The position numbers and the translations under genes are program-made. Under the pieces are notes generated by a model. That model had not been told where the DNA came from, searched no databases, and saw only the letters and a program-made list of their open reading frames with translations. A stretch of DNA of 63,841 nt, the filler included, from Octopus bimaculoides (taxonomy: Eukaryota), in assembly GCF_001194135.2 (NCBI RefSeq). It is 3 parts of 3 records of this genome, joined end to end, with 100 filler letters (N's around TTAATTAATTAA, not from the genome) between each part and the next. Parts side by side here need not be neighbours in the genome. Positions count along the whole stretch, not along the records: positions 1 to 16,301 come from NC_068992.1; positions 16,402 to 33,105 come from NC_068984.1; 1 more part is not named here. One strand, 5' to 3'. This document shows, in pieces, positions 12,815 to 26,304 of the stretch (positions within the stretch are counted from its first letter, which is position 1; each line of letters starts with the position of its first letter).

Positions 12815-13640
12815 TATATATCCATTCATATTAATAGACAACGGAAGAGAAGCAATAAATATCGAAGAACTACGAAAAACAAAAAATGCTCCATATACAT
12901 CCAATACTCTACCCTTTATTACGACACACAACCTAAGAAACACAGAGGTTTACAATATTATCCACCATATTATCCCACTACTAAAACAAGACCCAAGAAT
13001 GAAACAAGCATTCGAAATACGCAAAATAATCAAAAGTAAAAGACAATCAAAGTCCCTCAAAAATTTCTCACAAGTGCTAAATTACCGTCAACAATTCCTA
13101 CACAAACAGTCAAAAAGTGTGGTCACCCCAGTTGCGGAACCTGCATCAACCTTATTGAAAACACAACGTATAAATTCAAGACAGACTTTTACCGTGAGAA
13201 ATCACTTTACATGTTCTTCAAGGAATTTTATATGCGCTGTCAAATGTTGAGGATGGATTGAAAATTACATAGGCCAAACAAAGCTTACTCTAATAGAGTG
13301 ACCATTCACTGACAACAAATACGAGATCCCAGTACTAGACAGATTCCACTCAGTAGACACATAGACATATGTGCAAAAAATAAGTCCCCCAAATTTCAGG
13401 TCTTCCCATTCTACCTTTGTTCAGCGAATACCACAGATGAAGCATGGATACACAAAGAAAATAAATTCATACAAAAGTGCAAACCAAGACTTAACAAACT
13501 TTAAACAAAGTACATACACAAATGGCTATTCAGACACAAAACTCATTCTTCAACTTATCATGAGGAACCTACTCAGCTAACAACCTAATCTTTAGCCACT
13601 GGACTACACACAAACGACTCGTGTCCACGCTCCCACCAAA
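12815..13640 (+). mobile_element. Penelope-like element 3' fragment (RT-EN linker and GIY-YIG endonuclease)
   Basis: YPFILIDN..., LPFITTHN, FTCSSRNFICAVKC, YIGQT and R...H motifs, with frameshifts. Confidence 0.85.
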
Positions 13641-14187
13641 AAGTGCCTTTATTATAACTAAACATGTTCACTCAACCGTTTGGCCTTCTTTTAAGGTGCA
13701 AGATATACTGTCACGTGACACTAACGCACGGACGTAGCGGAAACATACAAAAGCTTATAAAATTAATCATGTGTTCATTTCAGAGCATTGATTGTTTGGA
13801 CATGTTCAGTCAACCATGTCAGCCTTAACTCACGACGCCAAACATTGTCACTTGATACTAATATATGAGCGTAGCGGGGAACCTGCAAAAATTTCTAAGA
13901 CCAGTCATCTGACTATCCTCTATCGAAACATACTAATTTGAGCTATGAACTCCCAATAAAAATAGGGCAAACTTCAAACATTGGTCAGAAGCAAGACAGC
14001 TGCGACATAATCTACAGCTTTCCATTGGAAATTTTTTGTAAATAATTGTAAACTGTGAATCCAGTTAAAGCTTTAAATATATTAATAAAAAATATTTTCA
14101 CTATTCTCAGTGCATTTTCAACTTGTATTTTTCCTATATTTCTACCCGTGTGGAATAAAATAACTTTGTTTTCTACAGATATATATG

Positions 14188-14315
<128 letters not shown>

Positions 14316-15124
14316 CGCACACACACCCACACACACAGAGGAATATGCCTGCCCACGCACGTATAGACGAATGGAAAACCCTCTATGACATTGACATTAT
14401 ACATATAGATGTGTTTCAAGAAAGGTAGGGATAGATATACAGATAATAGAGATAATACAGTTGAATGGAAATTCAGAAGGATTTACAGAAGACAGTATGA
14501 TGGATTAACACAAGAATGAACTGAAGCGGAATAACTAATCGCGAGCGACTTACAGCATTCGATTGAGAAGTGAAAGACAAGATAAAATGAAGCCATGTAT
14601 CTTAATTACCACAGTTCCTGCGCTCTTAACGTGACCAGAGGATTAGTTAAAACTACGACATCATTGTAAGAGATCAGTTTTGTGATTATAATGTAAGTTA
14701 TACCATGTGATTTGAAATGTGTGGATCAGAATAAGGAAATAAAACATAGCGAAATAAAACTGCAACAGAAGCTTTTAGCAAACAGAAATGGAAGGACTCA
14801 AAATTACGTTGTCTGCTTGATATATGCTGTTTGTTTATTGGTTTATGCTGTGTAAGTATGCATGTATGTGTGTGTGCGTGTCTCTGTGTGTGTGTATACT
14901 TGCATGTATGAGAGGTAAACGTATAGTAGAAATAAATACCGAGGCAACACATAGGCATATGCTGTTTCACAATCAAGAACACACACACACACACACACAC
15001 ATGCATGTATTTCTCTGTGAATACATGTGCCTACGAAATATAAGCGTATNNNNNNNNNNCACACACACACACACACACATGCATGTATTTCTCTGTGAAT
15101 ACATGTGCCTACGAAATATAAGCG

Positions 15125-15174
<50 letters not shown>

Positions 15175-15223
15175 AACATACGCACATACATAAATACATA
15201 CATAAATGCACACGCACATACGT

Positions 15224-15267
<44 letters not shown>

Positions 15268-16268
15268 CTTTATGTATGTGTGCGTGCGTGCGTGTATGGG
15301 ACGTATATATACGTTGAAATTAATATTGACACAAAATATGGATATATGCTCTGACACACACATACACACACACGCGCGCACGCACGCATACGCACATACA
15401 CACGCAGATAAATATATTGAGAGAGAGATAGAGAGGGAGAGAGAGAGAGAGGGCCAGAAAGACAGTAACACAGATAAACACAGAGAAAGACAGAACGAGA
15501 AAGAGAGAAGGAGTTTTATTTGAAGATAATTTTTATGACATCGATAAACAGAAAAGTATCCTGCAACATTTTATTTTCAAAGCTGAAAAATAACATAATT
15601 TCTAAATAAATCTAAATATTTAAGCACAAAGCATTTAAAAAAAGTTAACTAGAAATAATTGTTATATAAAAAAAAGAAAACGAAAGCAATGTTATTATTT
15701 TAACACAATTATATTAATTTTTGTTACCAAACTAATATAGCAGACTTCAAACATGTTCCGGTGTTATCATGACCTCTTCAACGTAGAAGAAAATTAAAGA
15801 ATTGGAGATGAGAAAATCACTAAGAAAATTTCAAGAATGTATTTCTTAGAGCATCAAACTAGATTTGTTTAGTGAAGAAATTATTTAGAGCTGCAATTTA
15901 CATGTAAAACAATAGTTCCATCCGAGAGAGGAGGAAAAATTAGGGTTTACAATTTTTGCACAAGGATTTTGATTCTGTTGCTAGAGGGCAGGAGGGTGGA
16001 AAAAATCTGCAAACAGGACGTACACAACACATTTATTGCTGTTACTTTAACTCTTAGCAAGCAAGGTGATTCGTATTGAAAGTAGTTATCTCCCCCGATC
16101 AAAGCCCTCTTGAGAAAGAAATATGAATGGTGATTAGCTCTTATGTCAAGGGATTGATTCGCTTCATTTATTTTCGATGGCGTTTGCGTCTCTCTATCTC
16201 CCTCTTTATCTATCCATCCCCTCTCTTTGTATACATACACGCAGATATATAGATAGATGTATTTCTAA

Positions 16269-16301
<33 letters not shown>

Positions 16302-16401
16302 NNNNNNNNNNNNNNNNNNNNNNNNNNNNNNNNNNNNNNNNNNNNTTAATTAATTAANNNNNNNNNNNNNNNNNNNNNNNNNNNNNNNNNNNNNNNNNNN
16401 N
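16302..16401. other. Artificial assembly spacer (44 N + TTAATTAATTAA + 44 N)
   Basis: An identical 100-bp construct is at 33106-33205. The 12-mer gives stop codons in all six frames. Confidence 0.9.
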
Positions 16402-16572
16402 TATTCCATATTCTATACCCCACATTGGTTCTGCAGGAATATAAATAAAACATAAAAAACAGACAGTGTTGGAACTCTTTTAAACAAAATAATATATTCC
16501 TCTATACACAATCATACAAAAAACCCACCTTTTTTGTACTTATTTTTACTCGCATATATATATACATATATA

Positions 16573-17338
16573 TCGCTCTCAAGCCACAAATTTCTCATTA
16601 TTTAAATAAACACCGCGAAGGAAACAAACATTACAGAAATAGCCTTACCTTGTATGAACTACAGAAGTAAGGAATTCGTATATTCCGAGATCAATTGGTT
16701 TTGCTTTTTGTATGAAAAACATACTTAAGCTACAACAACTATTTCTGAAATATCCACCACATTACACCGTGTGAGCTCTTACATTTGAATGCCCCCGCGA
16801 CATTCAAAATGAACATATCATGAGCCAGTATAATTTAAAATTAAATAGGCATCATTACCATTATTAATAAGAATAACGATTATAATAAAGTTGCTAGCAA
16901 GTTTACACCGTTATAGGTAAAATATAAACAAAATTTATGAGAGTAGTAAAATACCACCTGCTATAAACAGCTGTCACTCTAAAATATGTTCATGTTGAAG
17001 GGGATACAAATGCAAGAACGCACACGGTGTAATGTGATAAATATTTGTAGAGTTAAGTCTGGCTGACGAGAATGTTTTTCATTCAGAAATCGAAATCAAT
17101 TGATCGCGGAATATTCACATTCCTTACTTCCGTGGTTCATACAAGATAAGCCTATTTCTTTTATGATTGTTGCATTCGCCGCGTGTATTTTAGTAGTGAG
17201 TAATTTGTGGTTTTAGTGCGACAGCTCTGATTATAGCAAGTGGTATTTTAATACCCTACTGAATTGTGTTTATATTTTACCTATAAAGGCTGTGTAAACT
17301 TGCTAGCCACTTCATTATTATCATTATTATTATTAATA
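16573..17338. mobile_element. Back-to-back, circularly permuted copies of a ~400-nt hammerhead-bearing repeat (A-B-A'-B')
   Basis: 16573-16820 is the reverse complement of 16984-17209, and 16862-16984 is the reverse complement of 17210-17338. Confidence 0.75.
17057..17111 (+). ncRNA. Type I hammerhead ribozyme motif
   Basis: ucugg-CUGACGA-GAAUG(UUUUU)CAUUC-agaaauc-GAA-AUCAAUUGAU-C/gcgga. Canonical core and perfect 10-nt palindromic helix III; helix I is imperfect. Confidence 0.55.
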
Positions 17339-18336
17339 ACTAGCTGTTTTTCCCGGTTTCACTCGGGCAGTGTGGTGGATTTGGTTAAAGGCTATTTCCT
17401 ATGTATATTTTGAATAATAAAAAAGAACTAAAAATAATAAAAAAAATTCCAAAAACAAAAAAAAAAGTAATAACAACCCAAAAACAATACGATGCTAAGG
17501 ATTTTGCGGGTCGATATTGTAAAACTAACTTCACGTGTGTACCCATATCCCCATGTAGTCACGGAACCTTATTTGTGGTATAACCTCGCCTTAAAAGAAA
17601 AATATATGGTAGTGCGGTTGTTGTATTGGCGACACAAGAATGTTNNNNNNNNNNNNNNNNNNNNNNNNNNNNNNNNNNNNNNNNNNNNNNNNNNNNNNNN
17701 NNNNNNNNNNNNNNNNNNNNNNNNNNNNNNNNNNNNNNNNNNNNNNNNNNNNNNNNNNNNNNNNNNNNNNNNNNNNNNNNNNNNNNNNNNNNNNNNNNNN
17801 NNNNNNNNNNNNNNNNNNNNNNNNNNNNNNNNNNNNNNNNNNNNNNNNNNNNNNNNNNNNNNNNNNNNNNNNNNNNNNNNNNNNNNNNNNNNNNNNNNNN
17901 NNNNNNNNNNNNNNNNNNNNNNNNNNNNNNNNNNNNNNNNNNNNNNNNNNNNNNNNNNNNNNNNNNNNNNNNNNNNNNNNNNNNNNNNNNNNNNNNNNNN
18001 NNNNNNNNNNNNNNNNNNNNNNNNNNNNNNNNNNNNNNNNNNNNNNNNNNNNNNNNNNNNNNNNNNNNNNNNNNNNNNNNNNNNNNNNNNNNNNNNNNNN
18101 NNNNNNNNNNNNNNNNNNNNNNNNNNNNNNNNNNNNNNNNNNNNNNNNNNNNNNNNNNNNNNNNNNNNNNNNNNNNNNNNNNNNNNNNNNNNNNNNNNNN
18201 NNNNNNNNNNNNNNNNNNNNNNNNNNNNNNNNNNNNNNNNNNNNNNNNNNNNNNNNNNNNNNNNNNNNNNNNNNNNNNNNNNNNNNNNNNNNNNNNNNNN
18301 NNNNNNGTATAGATGATAATGATACCTATTGAACTT

Positions 18337-18340
<4 letters not shown>
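17337..18340 (+). mobile_element. Putative non-autonomous Helitron/Helentron-type (HINE-like) element spanning a gap
   Basis: 5' end actagctgtttttcccggtttcactcggg with a short hairpin, typical of this class. The rest cannot be verified because of the gap. Confidence 0.4.
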
Positions 18341-18382
<42 letters not shown>

Positions 18383-19104
18383 CGTCTGTGTATGTGAGAC
18401 ATTTGCCGCTTCTGAATTTCTTTGGGCTTTCTGTATGTGCTAGTTCTGCGTTGTTGAGTCCTTTTGTATTTCTTGCAATCGTAGATGGGAGAGTGTTATT
18501 ACTTGGTTTAGGAAAATTTGGTAGATTGGTTGTGAGCGTTTTTTGTTTATATTGTACATTTTTCCTCATTCATATATTCACTTACTTAAGTATTTCTTAT
18601 TTATGTGTGTAGAGTGTTTTCAGTAGAATGTTTTCAATGGGTTTATTTGAGAAAATCTATTTAGAAAATTTGGAACACAATGTGTGTTCTTAGTTCTATA
18701 TCTGGTTGCTTTGTACAAATGTCTGTGTTTCAGCGAGTTCGCTCGAGAGTAAAATGAGTCGAGTTTTGTGTCACTTATATTTCACAGTCGACAAAATAAA
18801 ATACGACTCTATTACAAGTGACTGTGTAGTTAATTGTACAAGAAAGTGTGTAACTACATATACACCACCCACAAAATTTTAGGAACATGGCAAGATTAAA
18901 GATTTGGTCTTTTAGAAATTGAATGGCTGTTAGAATATCATACGATGTTTATAAATATGAAAATGGAACACTTCTTGAATGGCTTACATTTTACCATTTG
19001 AACATAAATAGCTCAAAGAAATAGCACCTGCAACTGTGTTGTGGTTTGTAATCAAATATTAAGTTGAAATATGCATATACATACACACACACTTACGCGC
19101 GCGT

Positions 19105-19154
<50 letters not shown>

Positions 19155-21099
19155 NNNNNNNNNNNNNNNNNNNNNNNNNNNNNNNNNNNNNNNNNNNNNN
19201 NNNNNNNNNNNNNNNNNNNNNNNNNNNNNNNNNNNNNNNNNNNNNNNNNNNNNNNNNNNNNNNNNNNNNNNNNNNNNNNNNNNNNNNNNNNNNNNNNNNN
19301 NNNNNNNNNNNNNNNNNNNNNNNNNNNNNNNNNNNNNNNNNNNNNNNNNNNNNNNNNNNNNNNNNNNNNNNNNNNNNNNNNNNNNNNNNNNNNNNNNNNN
19401 NNNNNNNNNNNNNNNNNNNNNNNNNNNNNNNNNNNNNNNNNNNNNNNNNNNNNNNNNNNNNNNNNNNNNNNNNNNNNNNNNNNNNNNNNNNNNNNNNNNN
19501 NNNNNNNNNNNNNNNNNNNNNNNNNNNNNNNNNNNNNNNNNNNNNNNNNNNNNNNNNNNNNNNNNNNNNNNNNNNNNNNNNNNNNNNNNNNNNNNNNNNN
19601 NNNNNNNNNNNNNNNNNNNNNNNNNNNNNNNNNNNNNNNNNNNNNNNNNNNNNNNNNNNNNNNNNNNNNNNNNNNNGTGTGTGTGTGTGTGTGTATTTAT
19701 GTATTAGAAAATAAAAACTAACGGCTAATGCATGTGTTAAGGAAACTAAACAAATATATTAAACCCAGCATTCCTCAGTTTAGACATATACATTACATTA
19801 ATGAACCTGCGTGCAAATAATGTTTATACATGCAGTCACACGCCCTGCCACCATTCGCAACGAAACCTGGCTCTACACCCTAATCTCTTAATAAAAGAAA
19901 ATGCATTAGACATGTGGCACCTGATTCCCACCAAAACAATTGAACGCCGTTGACCAAAAGTGTTCTTGGTGGGACTTGACACGATATAATAAACAATATA
20001 CTTTGCTTTGGATGACAGCCCGTATCTTGCCATTTGTTTCATATTTATGTTTTAATTACACATTTTTATAATGTTTCTTATTCGCATGGTAAACCGTCTA
20101 ACGTGATACGGAGAATTATATTGCTTTACAAATACTACTATTTAGTCCTATCAATGTCAGACGTATAGAGCAACAACATGATAATGTCTCTAAATAAACT
20201 GGAATAGAGATGAAATCAATAAATACCATGTTTAAATAACTGAATGGTAATTTATTTTTAATGAGGATAGAAGCTATTAAAACTTCTCTGTGGCGGAAAT
20301 TTTCAATTTAGGTATTTATTTAAAATAATGAATTTCGAGATAAAGAAATATCCTTGATGCGGTTGCTGGACCCACTAAGCCAGCAGCTAATTACTCCACA
20401 AATAACGCTCTTCAGTTTAAAAAGGTAGGCGATATGCTATTAATAGGGCTCGAAATGTTTGAAGAAACGGCACATTTGTTACGGATTTGAACATAATTAT
20501 GCTCTATAAGAGTTAACCTAACGATAAAAAACAGCACACACACACACACACTCACACGTATATATATATATATATATATNNNNNNNNNNNNNNNNNNNNN
20601 NNNNNNNNNNNNNNNNNNNNNNNNNNNNNNNNNNNNNNNNNNNNNNNNNNNNNNNNNNNNNNNNNNNNNNNNNNNNNNNNNNNNNNNNNNNNNNNNNNNN
20701 NNNNNNNNNNNNNNNNNNNNNNNNNNNNNNNNNNNNNNNNNNNNNNNNNNNNNNNNNNNNNNNNNNNNNNNNNNNNNNNNNNNNNNNNNNNNNNNNNNNN
20801 NNNNNNNNNNNNNNNNNNNNNNNNNNNNNNNNNNNNNNNNNNNNNNNNNNNNNNNNNNNNNNNNNNNNNNNNNNNNNNNNNNNTTAAACGCAGGTGTTAT
20901 TCAAATTCTTTTACTTTCGACATATATTTCGAAGACAACATTGGTATTATTATTCCAGAAGGAATAAAATGGTGTAAAACAATGCAATCTTCTCATCAGA
21001 GAAAGAAAGACACCACATACATCAATAAGACATTTTGACAGAATGTGATGACTGTGTAAAATGATGAAGGGAACACTATTAAGTTTTAAAAAACCCGTT

Positions 21100-23719
21100 A
21101 GTAGATATAACGTCAAAGGATTATATAGAAAGAAAAGGAGGAGAAGGAAAGAAATTAGCAGAAAACTAATAGTGGAGAAATATAGAGCGATAAGTGAATT
21201 AGACCAAAGCTTAAATGCGCGGGATTAGATATATTTAGTGGTAGTGAAATGTAAGAAGACAATCAAAAGTCATATTATAAAGAATGGTAGAAATCTCTTA
21301 TAGGAACTAAAGGTATGTTTCTGCCAATGTTTGCAACGATAAACGCATTCTATAAACGTATTTACAAGGGGATTCTTTGAGAATAGAATATAAAACATTT
21401 CGCTATTAGAAAGTGAGCAGAAATGTTTACCTTTATCGTACGGTAAAGAAGTAGAGAGCATATTCCATTCCAAATAAAATTGTTTATTATGATCTTTTAG
21501 ACACCAGATTAATTTACTAAGCCCAGTATTGTTATGTTTATTGACATGGCTAAATGTAGAATAATGATTGGATATTCTTTTCGATAACTAAGATGAAGAA
21601 CTACCTATATAAAAATTGACGACAGAACCGGAAGTAATTTTACATTGATAAATAGGGTTTTTAGTCTTAGAATTACTACTAAGAAACAATAACCCCGCTG
21701 TTACTATTATTTAAGAATGGTTAGTATAAACAAAATTAATGTTAGTATTTTCAGCCAGTGGAATTGTATTTAACAACTTATTATTATGCGAAGAGATGAT
21801 GTGTGAAAGATTATTTGTGCTAGAAAAATCTATCCTAATTCGGTGTGGGTATTGAATGGTATCTTGAATTTCTCGGGAAATTCTTTTCTATAGCTTACTG
21901 AAGTCGAGGCACTAAGTCTGTCCAGTATCATTCGCACAGTTCGAAGATAGGTTAATAGAAAGTAAATCAGTAATAAGGATGTCCAGGTATTAGTGCATTA
22001 GGGCCGTTTCAGGACGCATCATTTAATCGATCGATGCAAACATTGCATTTAATGCGTATGACCACATAGATTTCCAGCATACAGAATACTTGATTTTCTT
22101 TTTTTTAGCGAATTTTTCATCAGTAATAGAGATTAGAATACATTTTTTTATTTAGGGAAAAGTACCTAAAGACTACTATGATTTAGAGAGCCAGAAGAAA
22201 ATAATAGGAGTCAATAAAGAGGAATGGTGATATAGCTACATTCATTTTTATCCTTAACACATTCAACAAGCTTAAGCGGACTACATCCCCTTAGCATCAA
22301 AACCAAAGTTCTTGTTGGTGATAAATTAATTAATGTCAGATACTCTTCCCTACCCTATTTCACTATGACCTAAATAACAGCCATATCTACATAAAAGGAT
22401 ATGTCTTAGAAAATGCTAGTAAGATAATGATATAACGGCGAGGTGATAAACAGAAAGAGAAGGAGCAGTGGTGGTTTAACATATTATAATTATCAACTAA
22501 AACGGGCTCAGAATGGAAAAAAGGAGGTCACATAGAGAACTAATTGTGGGAATGATGAATATGGGTGGAGGTGCATCAAACGTTAGCAAACTTTATCTAA
22601 TAAAATATTAAAACTTAAAAAATGATTCAAGGACCCAATAAGAGAAGAAAGTAAACAATCTAAGCCATAAGATTGGGGTATTTTATAGATTACTTTGGAT
22701 ATAAACTCTAGCTGATACTACATCTATAGAAACCAGATGAAGTTATTAGGCATGTGAGCAAATCCTGTAACCATCACCCTAACGTATTAAAATGGGTAAT
22801 AAACGGAATTTCCAACGAATTATATAAATATCAGCTAATGTGGAATATTTGATTCATACTCCCGCTACCATAACTCTGCTCTTTCTAAAGCAGGATATAA
22901 TCAGAAGATTATTTTCCTTAATTCAGAAAGACAGATACCTATTAGCAATTGTAATGAAAATAGAAGAGAAAAGAGGTACAATAGCCCTCCTAGTCGAACA
23001 GATTGACATACTAGGATAACCTCTAACATTCCTATTAAATCAATGAATAAGATATATAACAATAAGAAAATTGAATCTAAGAACGGTAAAATGTCTAATA
23101 TGTATGATAATAATTGTAAGGATATGACTGCGAAGAATGGAACCTGCTCTAATGATAGCAAAAATACCTGGAATGAGACCATATTTAATAATCAAACAGA
23201 AAGTTCGAGAGGTAGTAGAAGAATTGATAGGGCCTGCTTTCATAACCAGAAGAGCTCTAGAAATAATAACGTAATCTGGTATAATATGCCCCTTATCTGT
23301 GCTATATGTACTAAGATATATAATAAATTTATGTTAATTTTAGATAAAATGTTCCCAGCTTCCTATAGGTACAATAAAATCTCCTTCCGTAAGACAATCA
23401 GAATCTCATATTCCACCCTTCCTAATATAGGCACTATTATAGCCTGAATTAATAGAACTAATATAAAATTAGCCCGGGGGATTAGTGATAAAAAATATTG
23501 TCAATAGTGCTTTAAACCCTTGATAATAATAGAGGATATGTAGGAATCCAGAACGATAGAACATACATAAACAATGATACCGCTAGATATAATGACTCAG
23601 ACATTACCGACACAACACATGATAATACTACACTAGACTTCAGTGGTAATATGAATGATAGAAGTAATACTACTATTAATAACAACAACAACAATAATAA
23701 TAATGATAATAATAATAAT

Positions 23720-23789
<70 letters not shown>

Positions 23790-24318
23790 GCCCGGGTGCA
23801 GTACCAGGCAGTGACTCTCATGGCTTCTGATCTTAATTGATTGGAAGTGTTATCATGTACATTGTTTTGTCTTGGTATAAAAGATGGGCTACAGCAAATA
23901 GTCTGCTTAATACCACAGATTTGCTTGAGCATGTCCCTTGGTGGCTGACGATATGCGCATCTCTGATCATGAGCAGAAGTAGTGGGGGAGCATCATAGCC
24001 ATGTGTTGAGAGGAATTCTTTGGGATTTGAATAATTCACCTTTGGAAACATGGGTGTTTTGTTCAACATCCTTAAACAAACCTTATTCAGAGATCTTTTG
24101 AGTGGGATGTGTTACTCGACTTGAAGAAAATTCTAACTGGGCCCCACCTGCGAGGTCATGCTCTGTTTATCTTAATATGAGATCACCATGTCACGCACAT
24201 ATGGTTGTGATGCATGTGCCTGGTGTACCCTTATCAGACAGGTAGTCATGATGGGTATAATGGGCTTTGTATACTTTACCCCAGTGTCACTTTGATGGCA
24301 TGCACTGCTCTCTCACTC

Positions 24319-24378
<60 letters not shown>

Positions 24379-24850
24379 AAGAAGAAGAAGAAGAAGAAGA
24401 ATATTCCCAGCTGCAATTGTAGGGTAGGATCCTAGTGCCTATTATTAGGATGTTGTTTAGTCCCAAATGTTCACAAATGTACAGTGATGACTCAAACTAG
24501 TAACTATATTTACACCGGGGGCTCAAATAATATGAGGAAGCGCCTTAATAACCTACTTTCATTTTTTAGACTTACACAGAAAGCTAACAGTACATCATTA
24601 TCTTGTAAAATCCAGGAACTTAAGGATAGTAATAGTAAATTTAACCGTAAATGGAATATAGTACGAGGAGCTCAGCCATACGAAGATAGCCGATATGGAT
24701 GCGAACTATGTTGTATGGAAATCTATAAAATTTTAAAGTTTAGAATTAAGGATAACATAATTAATAATAAGTTAGACCTTAGGGTATCTTGTGTGCATAG
24801 AATTACCCGTACATTCAAATATTTTATAAGCCAATAATATTATACTTATT
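21100..24850 (+). mobile_element. Long, heavily degenerate Penelope-like element (RT + GIY-YIG), interrupted at ~23660-24400
   Basis: MGGGAS (22561), SCNHHPNVLK (~22765), RNNNVIWYN...KMFP...RISYSTLPNIGTII (23260-23445), and GIY-YIG C-terminus STSLSCKI...KWNIV..AQPY..CELC.ME..I...N (24484-24837). Left boundary is approximate. Confidence 0.8.
23788..24318 (+). mobile_element. ~530-bp non-coding element inserted in an (AAT)n tract
   Basis: GC-richer block with sharp edges, with (AAT)n at 23700-23786 and again from 24319. No credible ORF. Confidence 0.65.
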
Positions 24851-25860
24851 AAACTATAGTTTTGTAACAAAAATTATCTGGGGTCTCATATTCTTCATAG
24901 CCTACTCTGTTTTGTATGGAGTTTTAATGTAATATTTCTCTCTTATAACACCTACCTGTTTAATCTGAATTCCTCCTATACTTAGATTATGCTATTTGCC
25001 TTTCGGTCCTAAGACTTTATTCCCTCTCCGTCATAATAAGTATATTTACAATAGATTACTAGGTCCTACGCTTCTTTTAAGTATAGTAAATAACCCCTTA
25101 AAAACAGTTATTATTCTACACATATCTCTACCTGTAATAATATATCTTACACATATCTTGTGAAACCATTTCCAATGGTATCTTTATCGTATTTTGATTA
25201 TTTTTTAATTAATTTTCAATTATCTTTTGTTATGAATTCCTTGACTTATCCTTATTTTATCTCTTTCTTTCCGGTACTTATTTTATGACATTCGCAATGC
25301 AAAATTTTTATTTTCGTTTGTTTCCTCCTTTTTTTTTTTCAGTTTTTTTCCTTTTATAAATCCTTTATTGAAATTTTTATACAAATATTTTTTCCTTTTA
25401 TTCTGCTTTATTTTATTTTATTTATTCTTTATCTTATATCATATTATTGTATTTGGATAAATCAATATAGCCTCATATACTGGTGTAATTTCTATACATT
25501 GTGAAGGAGTTCGTAACTTCTCTCTATAGTAACCATAATATAATATAATATCGTATTTATATTTATTTATATATATATTTATACTTTATAATTACACTAT
25601 ATTTTATAATCACGCTTTATATTTCATTTATTTAAATATATATGATATTTTTATGCATATATATATCTTTATTTTTTATACATATATTATTCATATTTTT
25701 TTAATAAGTGTACCAGCTATAGAAATATTTATCTTATTATTGGGACCTTAATCTTCGGTTTTGATGCAATAGAAAATGCATACCCCTACTCGGATAATAT
25801 CAGAATTTTGTTATAGATTCATTGTTGAATAGTTTTATCATGACCACCTTAACATTATTC

Positions 25861-26020
25861 CATCTGTCTTTACGATCTGAGTTAAAATTCCGCCGAGGTC
25901 GATTTGCCTTTCCTCCTTTCGGGGTCGATAAATTAAGTACCAATTACGTATTGGGATAGATCTAATCGACACACCCCTGTCCCAAAATTTCAGGCCATGT
26001 GCATTGAGTAAAAAAGAATG
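25861..26020 (+). mobile_element. SINE family A, 5'-truncated
   Basis: tctgagttaaaattccgccgaggtcga...ttcggggtcgataaattaagtacc...gatctaatcgac. Confidence 0.8.
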
Positions 26021-26187
26021 GTATGGCTTAGATTGTTTGTTTTTTTCTTTTATTGCGTCCTCAAATCATTTTCTAAATTTTAGTATTTTAATAGATAAAT
26101 TTTGGTAAGTTTTGATGCACATTCCTCACCACCCATGTTCCTAATTCTCACGCTTAGATTTCTATATGACCTCCTTTTTTTCCATTT

Positions 26188-26304
26188 TAAGCCCGTTTTA
26201 GTTGATAATTGTAATAACGTAAGCCCCCGCTACCCCTCTTCTTTCTAAATCTAAGCCCGTTTTAGTTGATAATCGTAATAGCTTAAGCCCCGCTACCCCT
26301 CTTC
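26188..26304. repeat. Two-unit tandem duplication, 64-bp period
   Basis: taagcccgttttagttgataat...aagcccc.gctacccctcttc occurs at 26188 and 26252. Confidence 0.85.

Noticed and set aside
18721-18760. GCG(AACU)CGC-U-GAAAC hammerhead-like piece on the minus strand
   Set aside because: Core has two mismatches (CUCUCGA) and helices I and III do not form convincingly.
25150-25190. GAA-ACCAUU(UCC)AAUGGU-A, a helix III-like hairpin downstream of the long Penelope fossil
   Set aside because: No CUGANGA core and no helix I.
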